Of a DNA stretch of 50,099 nucleotides, positions 34,923-47,366 are shown piece after piece (within the stretch, counting starts at the first letter, position 1; every line of letters begins with the position of its first letter). A program made the position numbers and the translations under genes. The DNA comes from Seison nebaliae (lineage: Eukaryota): NCBI GenBank assembly GCA_023231475.1, contig JALJEE010000556.1, positions 62,001-112,099 of the forward strand, read 5' to 3'. Below the pieces are notes generated by a model, which saw only the letters and a list, made by a program, of their open reading frames with translations, searched no databases and had not been told where the DNA came from.

Positions 34923-37900
34923 ATGATAAATATTTTCGATGTTTTTAATTTCAAAATGGTGAGGATTGATCCATTTGATATTAGTTCAAGTGGTCGTGCA
35001 CCAATCGGACTCATCAAGGAACATATCGCCGAGAAGAACAATGAGAGGAATCTTGATAAAATTATAATTATCGTTTCGGGTGGAAATGAACCGTCGGATG
35101 ATCAAATCTGTCCATTGCAAGTACCGGCTGAAGAAGAGTCGCCATTATATTTGATTTATCGAAGCAAAGAATGTGAGAGGGATGCGGCGTTGTTCAATAA
35201 ATTGGCGAGATATAAAAATTACGGTGAAGGTAAATCGGATGACATAATGAAAATGGCGAATTCTCTTCATAATGGTCCACTGAATGAGAGTCATTTGAAT
35301 GATCTTTTAAATGCGTTGCGGAAACATTGTGATGAAGTGAAGAAAGGAATGAGAGATGTGAATTTTCAACAACATCAATCATATTTAGCGTGGTTAGCAT
35401 TCATGAATTATTTGGAAGCATTGAGAGATAATTTCTTCAAACTACATGACAATTATCAAAAGAATTATGATTCGTTGAAAAAATTAAATCGACTGATATT
35501 GGAAATGGAAGGTAAAAGAAAATGTGAAGATCTAACACAATTATTGACAATGGTTCAAGACGAATTAAGACAATTACCACTACTCTCATCGTTGTTGATT
35601 AATAATGAAGAAGAACAAGTAGGAAATAAGGACACTCTCACCGAAAGTACGAAAGAAGTCATTAATATTGATTTTGATAATGTCATTCAGAATCCGAATG
35701 AAACAATTCATTCTCTATTAAAAAATACGACTCTCTTATCGAATCGTCGTCCGTTAATGTTCCAACATCTCATCGACATGAGTCTCATCAACATTGATGA
35801 TATTAATGATGATGAGAATTATGGAAATATTGAAATTGAAAAGATCGATCCATCGGAAGATATTCCCATATCGAAACCTCAGAAAATTCATCGTGATCGA
35901 ACACCAACAAATCGAGATGATGATTTACGTCTCAGTTCATTCGTCGCTTCATCTACTTCACCTTTATACGCTGCCTCATTCCTCGCCGATGATAGTAGTC
36001 AATGTTGGGATGAAGCGATCGTTTCAGAAAATGTTCTATCAATGAATAGTAATGATAATTTGGGTGATAACAAATCAGTGTTGTCACCATCTCCATTGAT
36101 AGAAGTGGAAAATAGTTTGGCAGAGTATTTGCCATTGAATACGATTTTGGAATTCATCGGAAAAGACAAACATAATCGATGGGGAGATAGATGTGCAAAA
36201 TTCGGAGAGGAAGTTGATGGAGTTGTGAAGAAATTGAGAAAGACGTTTCAACAGAAGGCGTGGCAGGAGTTCGGAGGAATCGATCGATTCTTTCAATTAA
36301 TCAATGATAAATTTGAAAAAATAACGAAAGGTATTGAAGAACAATTGGTAGTTTGTGATGAGATGGAAATAATTATGAGAAGAGGAAATTATTTCAATGA
36401 TAATCAGACACAATTGACATTGAAGGAACTTCTCTTTCGCTCCAACAAATTACAAAATAATATGAAAGATTTTTATAATTTGAGATATCGAATAGAAACG
36501 GAACAGAGTCGAGCGACAAATGATCGAATGAGACATGCGTTGAAGACTGTTCGAGAACCGATTTTCTTCCAAACCAAAAATTATACGATGGCCTACAATT
36601 TTTTGGGTGTGGAAAAACGACGATTGTCGATGATAATTCAATTCATTCAATTCCCTAAATTATACAAGAAGTTGGTGAAGGAAATCTATCGTCGACAATC
36701 GAGTGAACAACATATGATGAAAATTTTCTTATTGGTCTGGATTCGATTTCAGTCATTCTATCGATATGAACAGAAATTAAGAAATGATTTTATTCGTCAT
36801 TTGGATGTGAGTGGAGAGAAATGGAAAGCAGATGACGAATTATTAGTAAATGAGGATGAGATGATGGAAGTAGATTATGAATCGTTTCATTTCGTCTTGT
36901 CAATGTTCCCTAAACTGATGCAATCAATGGAATCATTTGATTCCATCACTCAACGTCTACATGATTTGTTGGACAAGGAGGAAGTGTTTTCTGACGATAA
37001 ATCATTGCACAAGATTTATGTAAATGTGATGAGAATGTCAAAGGTGGATAGTCTATTCAAAACGAATCAATTACCATATATCTCGAAAGAGGAATATCTT
37101 TCCATCATGAAACAATTGGAGAAAATAAAATTATTTAATTGTGAAGAAGTTCTTCATGGAATGGAAAAGGAAGATGGAGAAATGTCGAAGAAAGATGATC
37201 AAAGTATGAACGAACGAGTTGAAAAGGAGATTAATAGTCTCCAAGGTGTTAGTTCGATGTTGGAATATCTGATAGTCAATCCGAATCATAGTATTGAATT
37301 AATTAATTTATTAAGATCGATACGCACCGATTTATCTACCACATCGAAAGAAATACAACAAACATCTTTTATTTCTTCTCAGTTATTTCAGAAGGGATTT
37401 CCTATTTCACCTACCCATATCGATTCACAGAAGAAAGTTAATATAAATAATGAAATGAGTAGTGAGATGAGAAAACAATTATCATCAGGTAGTTCCGTCT
37501 CACGAAATCAGTCGATTATTACATCTGCTACTCCCTCACCTTCAAGAACCAGAACAAGTACCATCCACAGTTTCCTCTCCGAGAATATAGCGAAAGAAGT
37601 AGAAGAAGTGACACAAAGTCATCGGAACGATAAGGCGAAAGATGAAGATGATGATTTTGATGAAGATAAATCGAATTGTAATGAGAATACGAAGATAAAA
37701 ACGGAAATTAAAATAGAAAGAATTGAAGAGAAGATTGACAAATCGGATGAGAAGACAGTGAAGGGAGATGCTTATTTGTTCTTGTCATCCATTCACAGTT
37801 CCACAAGTAACTTAAGACGATTTAAATCACATCCCAATATCGTTTCTTGTATGGAATTGGACAACAGTGAAATTTCATCATCGAATAATCAATTACAAGA

Positions 37901-39353
37901 AAATACTAATTTACCAGAACTTAAATATTTACATGATTGTCTATCTATTCAAAAAGAGAAGAATACAAAATCTCTCAATCAAATATTTAATTGGTTGGAG
38001 AAGACACTTCATGCAATCTGTCGTCAAGCCAATATGGCAGCCAGTTGTTCTCAAGATTTGTCTCATCTCTCCTTCTCACAAACTTCCTCTATGATTATGG
38101 AGACATTCGATTTGAATCAGAATTTCAAATCGTTTGATAATCTAATGAAGGAATGTGATTTTCCTTCATCGACGGAGATTGTTGCTGATGGAAAACGATC
38201 AACTATCGATCGAATAAAAAGCGTAATTAGTTGTCTCCATAATTATATTAAATTGATCCATGTCGATTTGAGTACGTCGTCACTCGATCTATCAAAGAGA
38301 AATTCATATTTAGAGAATCAAATGATTCTCTTAAAAGATCGAGTATGTGAATTGGAATTGATTGCTGATCGAGCATCACGTAATCGTTCAATTCAAGTCA
38401 ATAATATGAAATCGTCATTCAGACAAGAGAATCAGATATTAAACGATCGTTTAACCACTCTACAAAATGAGAATGAACAATTATTGAGAGAGAAAAAGGA
38501 TTCCCTCGTCAAAGAAGAAGAAATGAGAACGACAATACAAAAAATGAAGAAAGAAATGGAAGAGTTGAAAAAGATGAAAAGAAACGAATCAAACGAAAGT
38601 GTCACCAGTTTATCGAAAAAGGAACGAACTAACACCTCAACCGACACCACCACATCATCAAGAACTTTACCGGTGAATGATAATATAAATGAAATCGAAT
38701 TAAACGACTTCCTCATAAATGATCAACATCTTCCAATGGAATATTTCTCTCAAATATTTTCGAAACTTGTCATCGGTTCCGTTCAATCATTAAATGAAAT
38801 GGCAATTTATGAAAACGAGAGAATCGAACCAGCATTATCATCATCATCATCTATTTCGAAAAAATCATTAGGACGAGATGATACGATTGAGGAAGAAATA
38901 ACTTATGAATATAAACAGAATTCATTCTTATCTGAATATGATCCATATCAATTGAACGATGGCGAACAATCCGTCAAGGAAGTCGTTCATTCCTTTAAAA
39001 ATGTTCATCGATTCGATATTCCCAAAACCATCTTCCATAAGACGCATCCGTTATTAAAGAATCTTCGTCCAATTTCATTCTTTACGTGTCGTACCGGTGA
39101 TATCCATATGGCATATTGGCATCGAACATGTCAATTATATGTCCTCTTTATCATACAACCATTTAATGCTCCTCTATTCTTCATCAACAACGATTGTGCA
39201 CAACAAATTGTGGAGAGCGATAAGGCAAAACCACCGTTAATATTCGTACGAGTTCTCTCAAAAGATTATTGTATCGTCAAACGAGAACCAAATCGATATC
39301 GATTACCAGTCAATTCCAATTTTTATCGAGTGGCAGTCGAAAGTGTTTTTTAA
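34923..39353 (+). CDS. RB1CC1: RB1CC1/FIP200 (Atg11/Atg17-family) autophagy scaffold, apparently intronless
   Basis: About 1476-aa ORF. The N-terminal segment resembles the FIP200 N-terminus (IIIIVSGG), followed by coiled coils and a C-terminal Atg11/Claw domain (ISFFTCRTGD..YVLF..KDYCIVKREPNRYRLPVNSNFYRV). Confidence 0.8.
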   Translation: MINIFDVFNFKMVRIDPFDISSSGRAPIGLIKEHIAEKNNERNLDKIIIIVSGGNEPSDDQICPLQVPAEEESPLYLIYRSKECERDAALFNKLARYKNYGEGKSDDIMKMANSLHNGPLNESHLNDLLNALRKHCDEVKKGMRDVNFQQHQSYLAWLAFMNYLEALRDNFFKLHDNYQKNYDSLKKLNRLILEMEGKRKCEDLTQLLTMVQDELRQLPLLSSLLINNEEEQVGNKDTLTESTKEVINIDFDNVIQNPNETIHSLLKNTTLLSNRRPLMFQHLIDMSLINIDDINDDENYGNIEIEKIDPSEDIPISKPQKIHRDRTPTNRDDDLRLSSFVASSTSPLYAASFLADDSSQCWDEAIVSENVLSMNSNDNLGDNKSVLSPSPLIEVENSLAEYLPLNTILEFIGKDKHNRWGDRCAKFGEEVDGVVKKLRKTFQQKAWQEFGGIDRFFQLINDKFEKITKGIEEQLVVCDEMEIIMRRGNYFNDNQTQLTLKELLFRSNKLQNNMKDFYNLRYRIETEQSRATNDRMRHALKTVREPIFFQTKNYTMAYNFLGVEKRRLSMIIQFIQFPKLYKKLVKEIYRRQSSEQHMMKIFLLVWIRFQSFYRYEQKLRNDFIRHLDVSGEKWKADDELLVNEDEMMEVDYESFHFVLSMFPKLMQSMESFDSITQRLHDLLDKEEVFSDDKSLHKIYVNVMRMSKVDSLFKTNQLPYISKEEYLSIMKQLEKIKLFNCEEVLHGMEKEDGEMSKKDDQSMNERVEKEINSLQGVSSMLEYLIVNPNHSIELINLLRSIRTDLSTTSKEIQQTSFISSQLFQKGFPISPTHIDSQKKVNINNEMSSEMRKQLSSGSSVSRNQSIITSATPSPSRTRTSTIHSFLSENIAKEVEEVTQSHRNDKAKDEDDDFDEDKSNCNENTKIKTEIKIERIEEKIDKSDEKTVKGDAYLFLSSIHSSTSNLRRFKSHPNIVSCMELDNSEISSSNNQLQENTNLPELKYLHDCLSIQKEKNTKSLNQIFNWLEKTLHAICRQANMAASCSQDLSHLSFSQTSSMIMETFDLNQNFKSFDNLMKECDFPSSTEIVADGKRSTIDRIKSVISCLHNYIKLIHVDLSTSSLDLSKRNSYLENQMILLKDRVCELELIADRASRNRSIQVNNMKSSFRQENQILNDRLTTLQNENEQLLREKKDSLVKEEEMRTTIQKMKKEMEELKKMKRNESNESVTSLSKKERTNTSTDTTTSSRTLPVNDNINEIELNDFLINDQHLPMEYFSQIFSKLVIGSVQSLNEMAIYENERIEPALSSSSSISKKSLGRDDTIEEEITYEYKQNSFLSEYDPYQLNDGEQSVKEVVHSFKNVHRFDIPKTIFHKTHPLLKNLRPISFFTCRTGDIHMAYWHRTCQLYVLFIIQPFNAPLFFINNDCAQQIVESDKAKPPLIFVRVLSKDYCIVKREPNRYRLPVNSNFYRVAVESVF

Positions 39354-39752
39354 AAAAAAATCGAGAAAAAAAATTACAGTGAACAATCTTCTCGAATTGA
39401 TGAGTATATATTTCTATTGCCAGTCATACATGTAGAAGTAATAGGAATGTAAAGGAAATACAACGATGAGTATTTTTTTCCTTAAATTATTTCATTACAA
39501 CATAAAGAAAAATGGTAATACTCGAAATGATATTTATAATTTTTAAAAGATTGATTAATTTTTTTTTAAAATTAATTTTCTTATCAACAAAATTTTCTTT
39601 CTTCCATACTCTTCATTTACTTATGGAAATCAAAAATTGAAGAAATCATTAACAAAATCAGAAGAACGATTTTATTCTCCATTGCCTCTCCCCATAACGT
39701 TTTTTCTCATTTGCTTGCCAATAAACAAAATAAAATTACCTATTGGAAACTG

Positions 39753-40399
39753 TTAAACTTGATTCTCCTTTCGAGATTGTACTAAGAGTTTTCCTTGTGG
39801 TGGTATGTCTTCCACATATTGTGGTGACGATAATGTTTTAAGAGATTCGATAGTATTATCTTCTGTAAAATTAGAAATCGTAGAAATGAGAATTTATGAA
39901 TTTTGTGGGAACTTTGATAGGGCATAATTGGATGTGAATGTTCTATTGTACTGCCATGTTCTCGAGTGAACGAATCTTTCATATTTAACATATTCACTGC
40001 GCGTTTCTTAAAAACGTTTACACGAATTTTCTCTTCTTCCACCAAATTCAATTTTCCTGCTTGTTTTGTGGCTTTACTTAACGATGATTGGGAGGTTGTT
40101 GCTTGTGGAGCCTCTGAAAAAGGAATATTAATATTCGAATGTTCAAATTATTCACTTGTTCAAATTAAATTCGAACCTATTTTACTTACATTTCTTGAGC
40201 AAAGATATAATGCAATTACCAATACAACCATCACCGATACACTTGTGGCAATTGCTGTTATTCCCACAGTATATCGATCCGAAGCTGCTGATACTTTTGG
40301 CGGGTCGTTCACAATGTTATCAGCAACTGTCCGATATGTATCTGAATAAAATCTCAAATTTCGACGTAGATGATAATTTTCTTTACCTAACAATTTCAT
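39753..40399 (-). CDS. Orphan single-pass membrane protein; 3 exons, 3' end uncertain
   Basis: TM segment VGITAIATSVSVMVVLVIALYLC. GTT..AG introns 40114-40176 and 39863-39912 join the fragments in frame. Confidence 0.5.
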
Positions 40400-40656
40400 A
40401 AAAAAATTGATGGAATTGAATTTTGAAAGAACTATTTCTTAAGACGTGAATGATAACGTCGATCACATTCGGTTTATTATTTGGCATTAGTTCTAAAATT
40501 TAGTTAATTCATTAAAATTAAGTTATACTTAATATTAACTGATTTCATCATAAAATTTTAACGACATTATCTTTCACAAAAACCGAAATTGAAAATTTCC
40601 AATTTTTAAATCGATCAATAATATCGATTGTTGTATATTCTCAATATCTTAAAGTA

Positions 40657-41547
40657 ATGCCTTCTAAGGAAGATATATTAAATTTAATTATTATTCCCGG
40701 TACTCTTCAATTTGAGCCTTATCAAAATGGATCAGCAATTCATCATCGTCAACAGATACAAATTTTCAATCGAACTTTTAATAAAGAATTCGAAGGACAA
40801 TTTTATTCAAATAATAATCAATTAACTATACTTCCAAACAAGATTCATATAAAAGTCTTTTATTTTATCTCATGCATTCGTTGTAAGAAATGTTGAAGGA
40901 GAATGATTATTTGAATATAAATTTCGATCATCCGAATCTTGATCGACAGAAAGACCAAATAGTTCTAAAGTATCGATGGATTGACGAAGACGATGAGAGG
41001 AATGATAAAGTTATTTTTTGTTTTGATTTTCGATAATTGTTGATAGCGATTTATTAATTTTTAGTATAATTATAAATGTTTCGATATTGCTCAGACAATG
41101 GAAAGGAAACCGAAGAAAAATAGTGCAATTAGTTTTTCGGAGAATACAGAAAAATGTACTGAAATGCAGATTGCTACTGAAGACTTATTTAATAATAACA
41201 ATGTTTTAGCGAATTTTCGAGCACAAGTTCATCTACCGACTAATCTCAACATGTCGTCTGCGAATAACAATAAAAATTGTTCGTCGTTTGAATTATGTTA
41301 GAAGTTTGATTCGTAGAATGTTCATAGTGTTTACGTTTTTTTAGTCTTCAAATCAATTTGTTACACTTTCCAAAGGAATCCGGTATTGGGAACATGGTTG
41401 ATTGGCGAATCAGTCTTCTTAACTCTCGTACTTCTGGTTTTATTAGTGGTCTATCTGATACAAAGGAGAATTAAATGCCAATATATAAGACCCGAATTAT
41501 TAGACTATGATTATAAAATGCCTTCAGGAGAAATCCCAATTAACTGA
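40657..41547 (+). CDS. Orphan protein with a C-terminal TM helix and a possible MSP/Ig-like N-terminus; 4 exons
   Basis: Three short introns join the exons in frame to TGA 41545-41547. C-terminal TM SVFLTLVLLVLLVVYLI. The N-terminus LIIIPGTLQFEP..QIQIFNRT loosely resembles MSP-domain starts. Confidence 0.5.
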
Positions 41548-41775
41548 CATTGAAATAAGAAAGAAGGAAAAATTGGGAAAGAAAATTTAATATAATAAAT
41601 TCGAGTTTCTTTCGTGGAGTCTTTGAAATATTTCATGTTTTTCCCAAAGTGCATTTGTACATTGAATGTTAAAGTTTCTGTAAGTCTTCGTCATCCGTCA
41701 TGAATTGGGTAGATATATTTAGTTTGGAAAGATGTTTCCTTTGGTTTTTACATTTCTAGTTTCATTATTTTAAAA

Positions 41776-44700
41776 ATGTTAAGGAAATTAATAATTTTAT
41801 TCTCATTAATTTTATCTTGTTTGTATTTCTTCTCTTCTCATTGTCGTTGATCGATTGAAATCTTTTAAGACAACACAAACAGTTTGAAGCATCTACTCAG
41901 TCTCAATGAAATTTTAGATGGAAGTTCACCTTTCATATTGGGAAAAGGAGTCTAGAAAATTGTTCATTTATTTGCAGTTCCACCAAGTCAATTAGCACCG
42001 AAGTATGAAAGACTTGCGCGTCAAATACCTGCATTGGATGCAAGTTCCTTCCTTATTCACAATTTATAAGTGCTAATGAATTAATTTTCATTAGGGAACA
42101 AACAACTCGATGATCAGATCAATCAAATGACAGCTCAATATTCAATGCTACGTTATTTGATTGATAGTCAAGTATTTTAATAATGTTTTCAGTGACCAGT
42201 TCACAACAGGCGGACAAGGCAAACCAGTTGGTAGTAATCGAACACCAGACTAAAGAATTACTTAAAGCAAGAAACGAAGTCGTTGCTGAATATAATTCTT
42301 TGAGTTATTATAATTTAAATTTATCATACTATTTATTATTTTAAAAATTATTTTAAGATACGGAATTTACTGATGATGATGCATTCTTACAATCCATAGG
42401 TTTCATTCTTTACTTCAATATTCTTAATCATATTCTTATTCAAGTTGCTGCTAATAACGCAAAGAACACAGAGTTCAAAGCATTAGAAACACAGGTGGCG
42501 ACAGTGGCAACTATTGTTGAGAAGGTAATTGAACAAAAAATTGATTTCAGTAATGTTAACTTTGATGGAATAGGTTATCATTCTCGCTATCTCATTATCG
42601 ATTATCCTCTTATTTTCAGTGAAGGAAAACGAACAACTAAAAACCAAATTGACCCAGGCAAATGTTTATGTACAAAATCTAGTAGCTGGTTAATTGAAAT
42701 AAAGTTTCATGAAAATTTCTTATTTCTTAAAGAAATGGATAAAAGGAAGAAAGAAATCGGCTCTGTAAAAGAAATGGTAATTGACACCGGTTTTTTATTT
42801 ACTTCTTTTTTGTTCTTTTCATAAACTGATATGAAAAGTTGAATGGGCTGGAAGAACGCAAGCCTTGGCGAATATGATAACAAAATCATTAAATGAAACA
42901 AACAAATTATATTATGGTTTTTTCTATTCCAGTTCTTTTTAAGAATTTTTCATTTTTTCGAAAGATATCGATGCTGAACTAAAAAGAATGGTAGCACAAC
43001 GTTCTGGTGTCAGTTATTATTATATTTACTATGCTAATATAAACTGTAATTAATTTCAGTACGACAACAAATTATAGATCGTCAAAAGATTTCAAATCAA
43101 TTCATGAATTTAACCAAAGGTTTCTTTTCGATTCTAACAAATGTCTTACTGATTCTTCCCTATATTGTGAAAAGATCTTTTGAAGAATAAAATATATTTA
43201 GAGAAAACGAAATTGAAAAATAAAGATTTATGTTATTCCAAAATTATCTCTCATCTCATCTTTAAAAATGATTTTTTTAGCATTGAATATTGATTTGTTA
43301 CATAAGGCAATTAAAGAAATCGAAATAAGAATACCGGACATTGAAAAGGGTTTGAACAAGAAATATTTTATGAGTTCTAAATATTTTTTATAGAAATCAG
43401 AATGAAGGAACGAGAGAAAGCATTATTGGAAACTCAATTCAAAACGAAATGTTTCTTTTTGTTAAATTGATGGAGTTTAAGTGTTGATATTCAGCATCAA
43501 GTGCCAATACCACACTGAAGACGATTGAAGATATTGAAAAATTATTAGCGGCTATTAAATTAGGTTTTTTTTACTTCTTAGTATTTGTACTACTGGAAAT
43601 ATTTATCGGAACATATAAAATATAGAATTAAAGGATGTTAATGGACAAATGGTGCAAGTACATGCTAATATCACATATTATAGTTAGTAATTGCAAAATT
43701 GTAATCATTTTACCAAGAAATTCTTTCAATTTCATTTAATAATATTAGAAAAATTGGAGAAAGTAGCTACGCAAGCGGTTACTAAACAAAAAGATGAAAT
43801 TGATGTAATCCATAAAAGTTATTCTGTTTTTTTTTCACGCGAGTCAGTTTAATAAACAATTTGATGTTATTAAATGTAGAACTTCAAGATTCACTTCTAC
43901 AAATTAACAATACGATCAACGGATTTATTGGACCAAGTTCTCTTCCATTATCAATTAATTCGGTAGATACATTTGTTTAAAGATGGAAATAGTGAAGAAG
44001 TATTTTCTAGTATTCTAAGGAAACGTGTGCAGAAATATGAACTGACGAAAGGTTCTTTATTCTTTAATTGACAAGAGGATATAGAATGATAATTTCTCGT
44101 AGAACTTAGTCGTTTGGAAGAACGTCTTAACATTTCTACTGGTCCTCTATACAGTTAACGATTCCTCATGAACACTATATATTAACCACATGATTGAAAC
44201 AGCTCAACAACTCTATATAATGCTTGCTTTAACTGGAAAAGAAAATAGTAAAGTCGTTCCAACATTGGGCGGAAAATCCTGTTAGTTCTCCTTCAATTGA
44301 TCTAAAATCTATCTTCGAATTCTGATAGATGGAGATTATTTGAAAGCGAAATTAGCACGTAAAAATAAAGCGAATGAATTTAATAAAATTCGATTAGCAT
44401 GGCCAAAATTCGATATTTGTGGAATGTTTGTCAAAACGAGATACAATACTACTCTAATGAATCGTGCAATTATTCCTTATGGAAAAGAAGAATATATTTC
44501 ATGTCCAGGTACATCTTGAATCGATTAATGTTATTGTTATTAAAATAATTCCAAAATCATTTAAAGATGGAACTATTGCAATTGCTAACGCATTCTTCCG
44601 AACATATCTGACGAAAGCTCAAGTGACAAAGAAAGCAGAAGACTTATCTAAATTTAGTTCAAAGTTATGTCATTTGGATGTAACGGAGAATCTTCGTGTA

Positions 44701-45501
44701 TTGTTATCATTTCGAGTATTATCAATAAATCTCATTGACCTCATATTATAGATATCAGGGCAATTTGGTATTAGTCAAAGCAAATTTCAAAGATCTAAAA
44801 TTAGCAGATAGTTTTTGTAAAGGATTGACATCTGAACTCATCCTTCAAATAACATATGCATGTTCATTTCATTCATTTCTTCTTCCTCAACATCTTTATG
44901 AGAATAGGTAGTAAGAAATTTATTGGACCAGAAGATTATGTATTAATCGAACAAAGTGGTTAGACATTAAATGAAAGAATAATTTCTTCATTATTTTTGG
45001 ATAGGTGGTCACTTACATAATTTTGTGTCTTATGGTGGAAAGAAACAATATATCGCTATGAAGGACGACGACAAAGTATTTGTAAATGAGGATGGAAGTA
45101 TTACGATAATGAAAGGTGTGCACGAAGTGGCCAGTTATGGAATGAAAGCAAATGGATCCGTTTTATATAATGCTCTCAAAAAGAATACAGTGGGTCATTT
45201 TTCTTGTGCTTTACCGGACGGATTGAATTCATGTTGGGAAGTAACTGATTTAGCAGAGAAGATAGAAATCTATTCCTTAGGAATACATGCCGGTGTTAAA
45301 ACTCCATCTGAAACTTTATTGACAGATAATAAGATTTTTGCTTGTACATTATACACACCCAATTCCAGCTCTTACACATTCAACCAAGTGTTTGTCATTC
45401 TCGAAGGTTCTACTCCAACAACATTCGTCGCATGGAACGGAGCGAAGAAGAAATTACTTAAAACCCCATCCAAATTAGTAAGAGGAATTGACATCGTTTA
45501 A
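41776..45501 (+). CDS. Orphan, probably secreted protein with coiled-coil-like exons and a beta-rich C-terminal domain; roughly 25 small exons, not all resolved
   Basis: Signal-like start MLRKLIILFSLILS. Short exons alternate regularly with ~45-60 nt GTT..AG segments (e.g. donors 41819, 41924, 42152, 42574). The terminal exon is the ORF 45025-45501. Confidence 0.55.
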
Positions 45502-45663
45502 TTTGACAAACTTTGAAAGAATATTTAGATTTAAATTTGATTTAAATAAAAAAAACTTTTAAGAATAATAATGGCAATGATGAAATTTAATTTAGTAAAA
45601 TGATTGATAAAATAAAAAATAAATTAATTACTGATGTGATTGTTCATTGTAACGAGTGGTATG

Positions 45664-46728
45664 TTAAACGTTCGGATTCATTAGTTCGGGATATGTTACA
45701 AGTGATTTGTGTAATCCTTCACCCAACGAAACTATAGGGGCATATCCAAGATCACGTTTAGCTGCCTCAATATCATACCAATGATGAGTTGTCGCCAATA
45801 GAACTCGTGATGGTGATAATGTGGGTTTTTTTATTAATCGATCACCGAATATGAATCGTATCAGATTGATAAAGAAACAAATTATAACAGTATAATAATA
45901 AGCGACATTCGCATTCAACGTAGTCGTTGGCTTACTATATTTGAAATGACTGAGAATTTGTCGAATGAACATCCAAAATTGAATAGGTTCGTCATTCGTT
46001 ATATGATAAGCCTGAAAAGGAATGATTTGAGAAGAAGAAAAAAGAAGAAATAAAACTTTCCCATAAACATTCGAGTCAGCAATCATCAGACGATTAGCAG
46101 CTAATAGATGTCCATAAGCCACATTCTCAACAAAAGTGAAATCAACTAAATTTTGTCCGTTTCCGATGATGAATTTCATTTTTCCTTCTCTCGCTGCTAA
46201 CACAGTGGTGGGAATCATCTGACGATCTCTTGGTCCGAAAATTCCATGTGGTCGAATGACGACGGTATGGAAATCAGACGAATTAGCAGCACGAACAATC
46301 TTTTCTTGAAGAATTTTCGTTTCCGTATAATAATCGATTGGTTGGGCAGCGTATGGAGCAGTCTCCAATCCGCCAGTAATATCTTTTCCTTCGTACGTTA
46401 CACTCGCACTACCAGTCAGTACAAGATGTTGAATTTTCGACTCTTTACAACAATCAACCACATTCTTCGTTCCATCCACATTCACTTTATAAAAGAGATC
46501 TCTGTTATCTAAATGTGGTGCAGGAGAGGCACAATGGAAAACAAGATCAATATCCATCATCGCTTCCATTAACAATTCTTTATTGGTCAGATCTCCTGTA
46601 ACATATTTTACGTTTTCATTCTTCCCTCGATGCAAATCGAACACAACAACAATATTATCATGTTGCAACAATAATTCCACCAAATGTTGTCCTACAAATC
46701 CCGAACCACCAATTACTAAAAATTTCAT
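45664..46728 (-). CDS. NSDHL: Sterol-4-alpha-carboxylate 3-dehydrogenase (3-beta-HSD/SDR family)
   Basis: GGSGFVGQH Rossmann motif, VFHCASP, YTETK catalytic YxxxK, IRPHGIFGPRD, NLVDFTFVENVAYGH. An in-frame 45-nt intron 46012-46056 removes VLFLLFSSSQIIPFQ to give YGK|AYHITNDEP. Confidence 0.93.
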   Translation of the reverse strand: MKFLVIGGSGFVGQHLVELLLQHDNIVVVFDLHRGKNENVKYVTGDLTNKELLMEAMMDIDLVFHCASPAPHLDNRDLFYKVNVDGTKNVVDCCKESKIQHLVLTGSASVTYEGKDITGGLETAPYAAQPIDYYTETKILQEKIVRAANSSDFHTVVIRPHGIFGPRDRQMIPTTVLAAREGKMKFIIGNGQNLVDFTFVENVAYGHLLAANRLMIADSNVYGKVLFLLFSSSQIIPFQAYHITNDEPIQFWMFIRQILSHFKYSKPTTTLNANVAYYYTVIICFFINLIRFIFGDRLIKKPTLSPSRVLLATTHHWYDIEAAKRDLGYAPIVSLGEGLHKSLVTYPELMNPNV

Positions 46729-47366
46729 TTTGAAAATAAGAAATAAGAAGAAATTATAAAGGGAATGTATCAGATAAATTTCAGAAATTAGTAGAGGCTA
46801 ATGTTTAAAATGAATTATAGAAAGAAAATGTTCGTCCAACTCACTCTTTCAATTAAGTGTGTTTAAAGGAGAAAATGGTTCAACATCAAAATTGAATATT
46901 CATTATCGAATGATCAATTTCCATATATATTTCATATATCATTTGATGCTTAATTTAAATTTTAACTATATAATTTTTGTATATATGAGAAGAGTATTGA
47001 AATTCTGAAAATGTTCTTCTCTTTATCTTACGTCTTATATTGTAAGAATCGATGGAATTTGGCATGTTTCATTATTTGTATAAGAGACATTGTTCGTCAT
47101 TCATCGTTTCTATTTATTAAACAATTAACGACAATATCTTAAAATAACATATTATTTTTGATTAAACAAAATGATTTTGATTATTGAGGAAGGATATTGA
47201 ATTGATATTTTCGATTAGTTCGATAAATTGTGTGAAATGTAGAGGAGATTTCATAAAGTTTAAGAGAACTTTCCTTCTAGTTTTAGGTTCCATTCATTCC
47301 CCTGTGGACCAGTCATCTGCTGTACATTCAATTTTACGATTAGTCAATACTATTAATTTAATGTTT

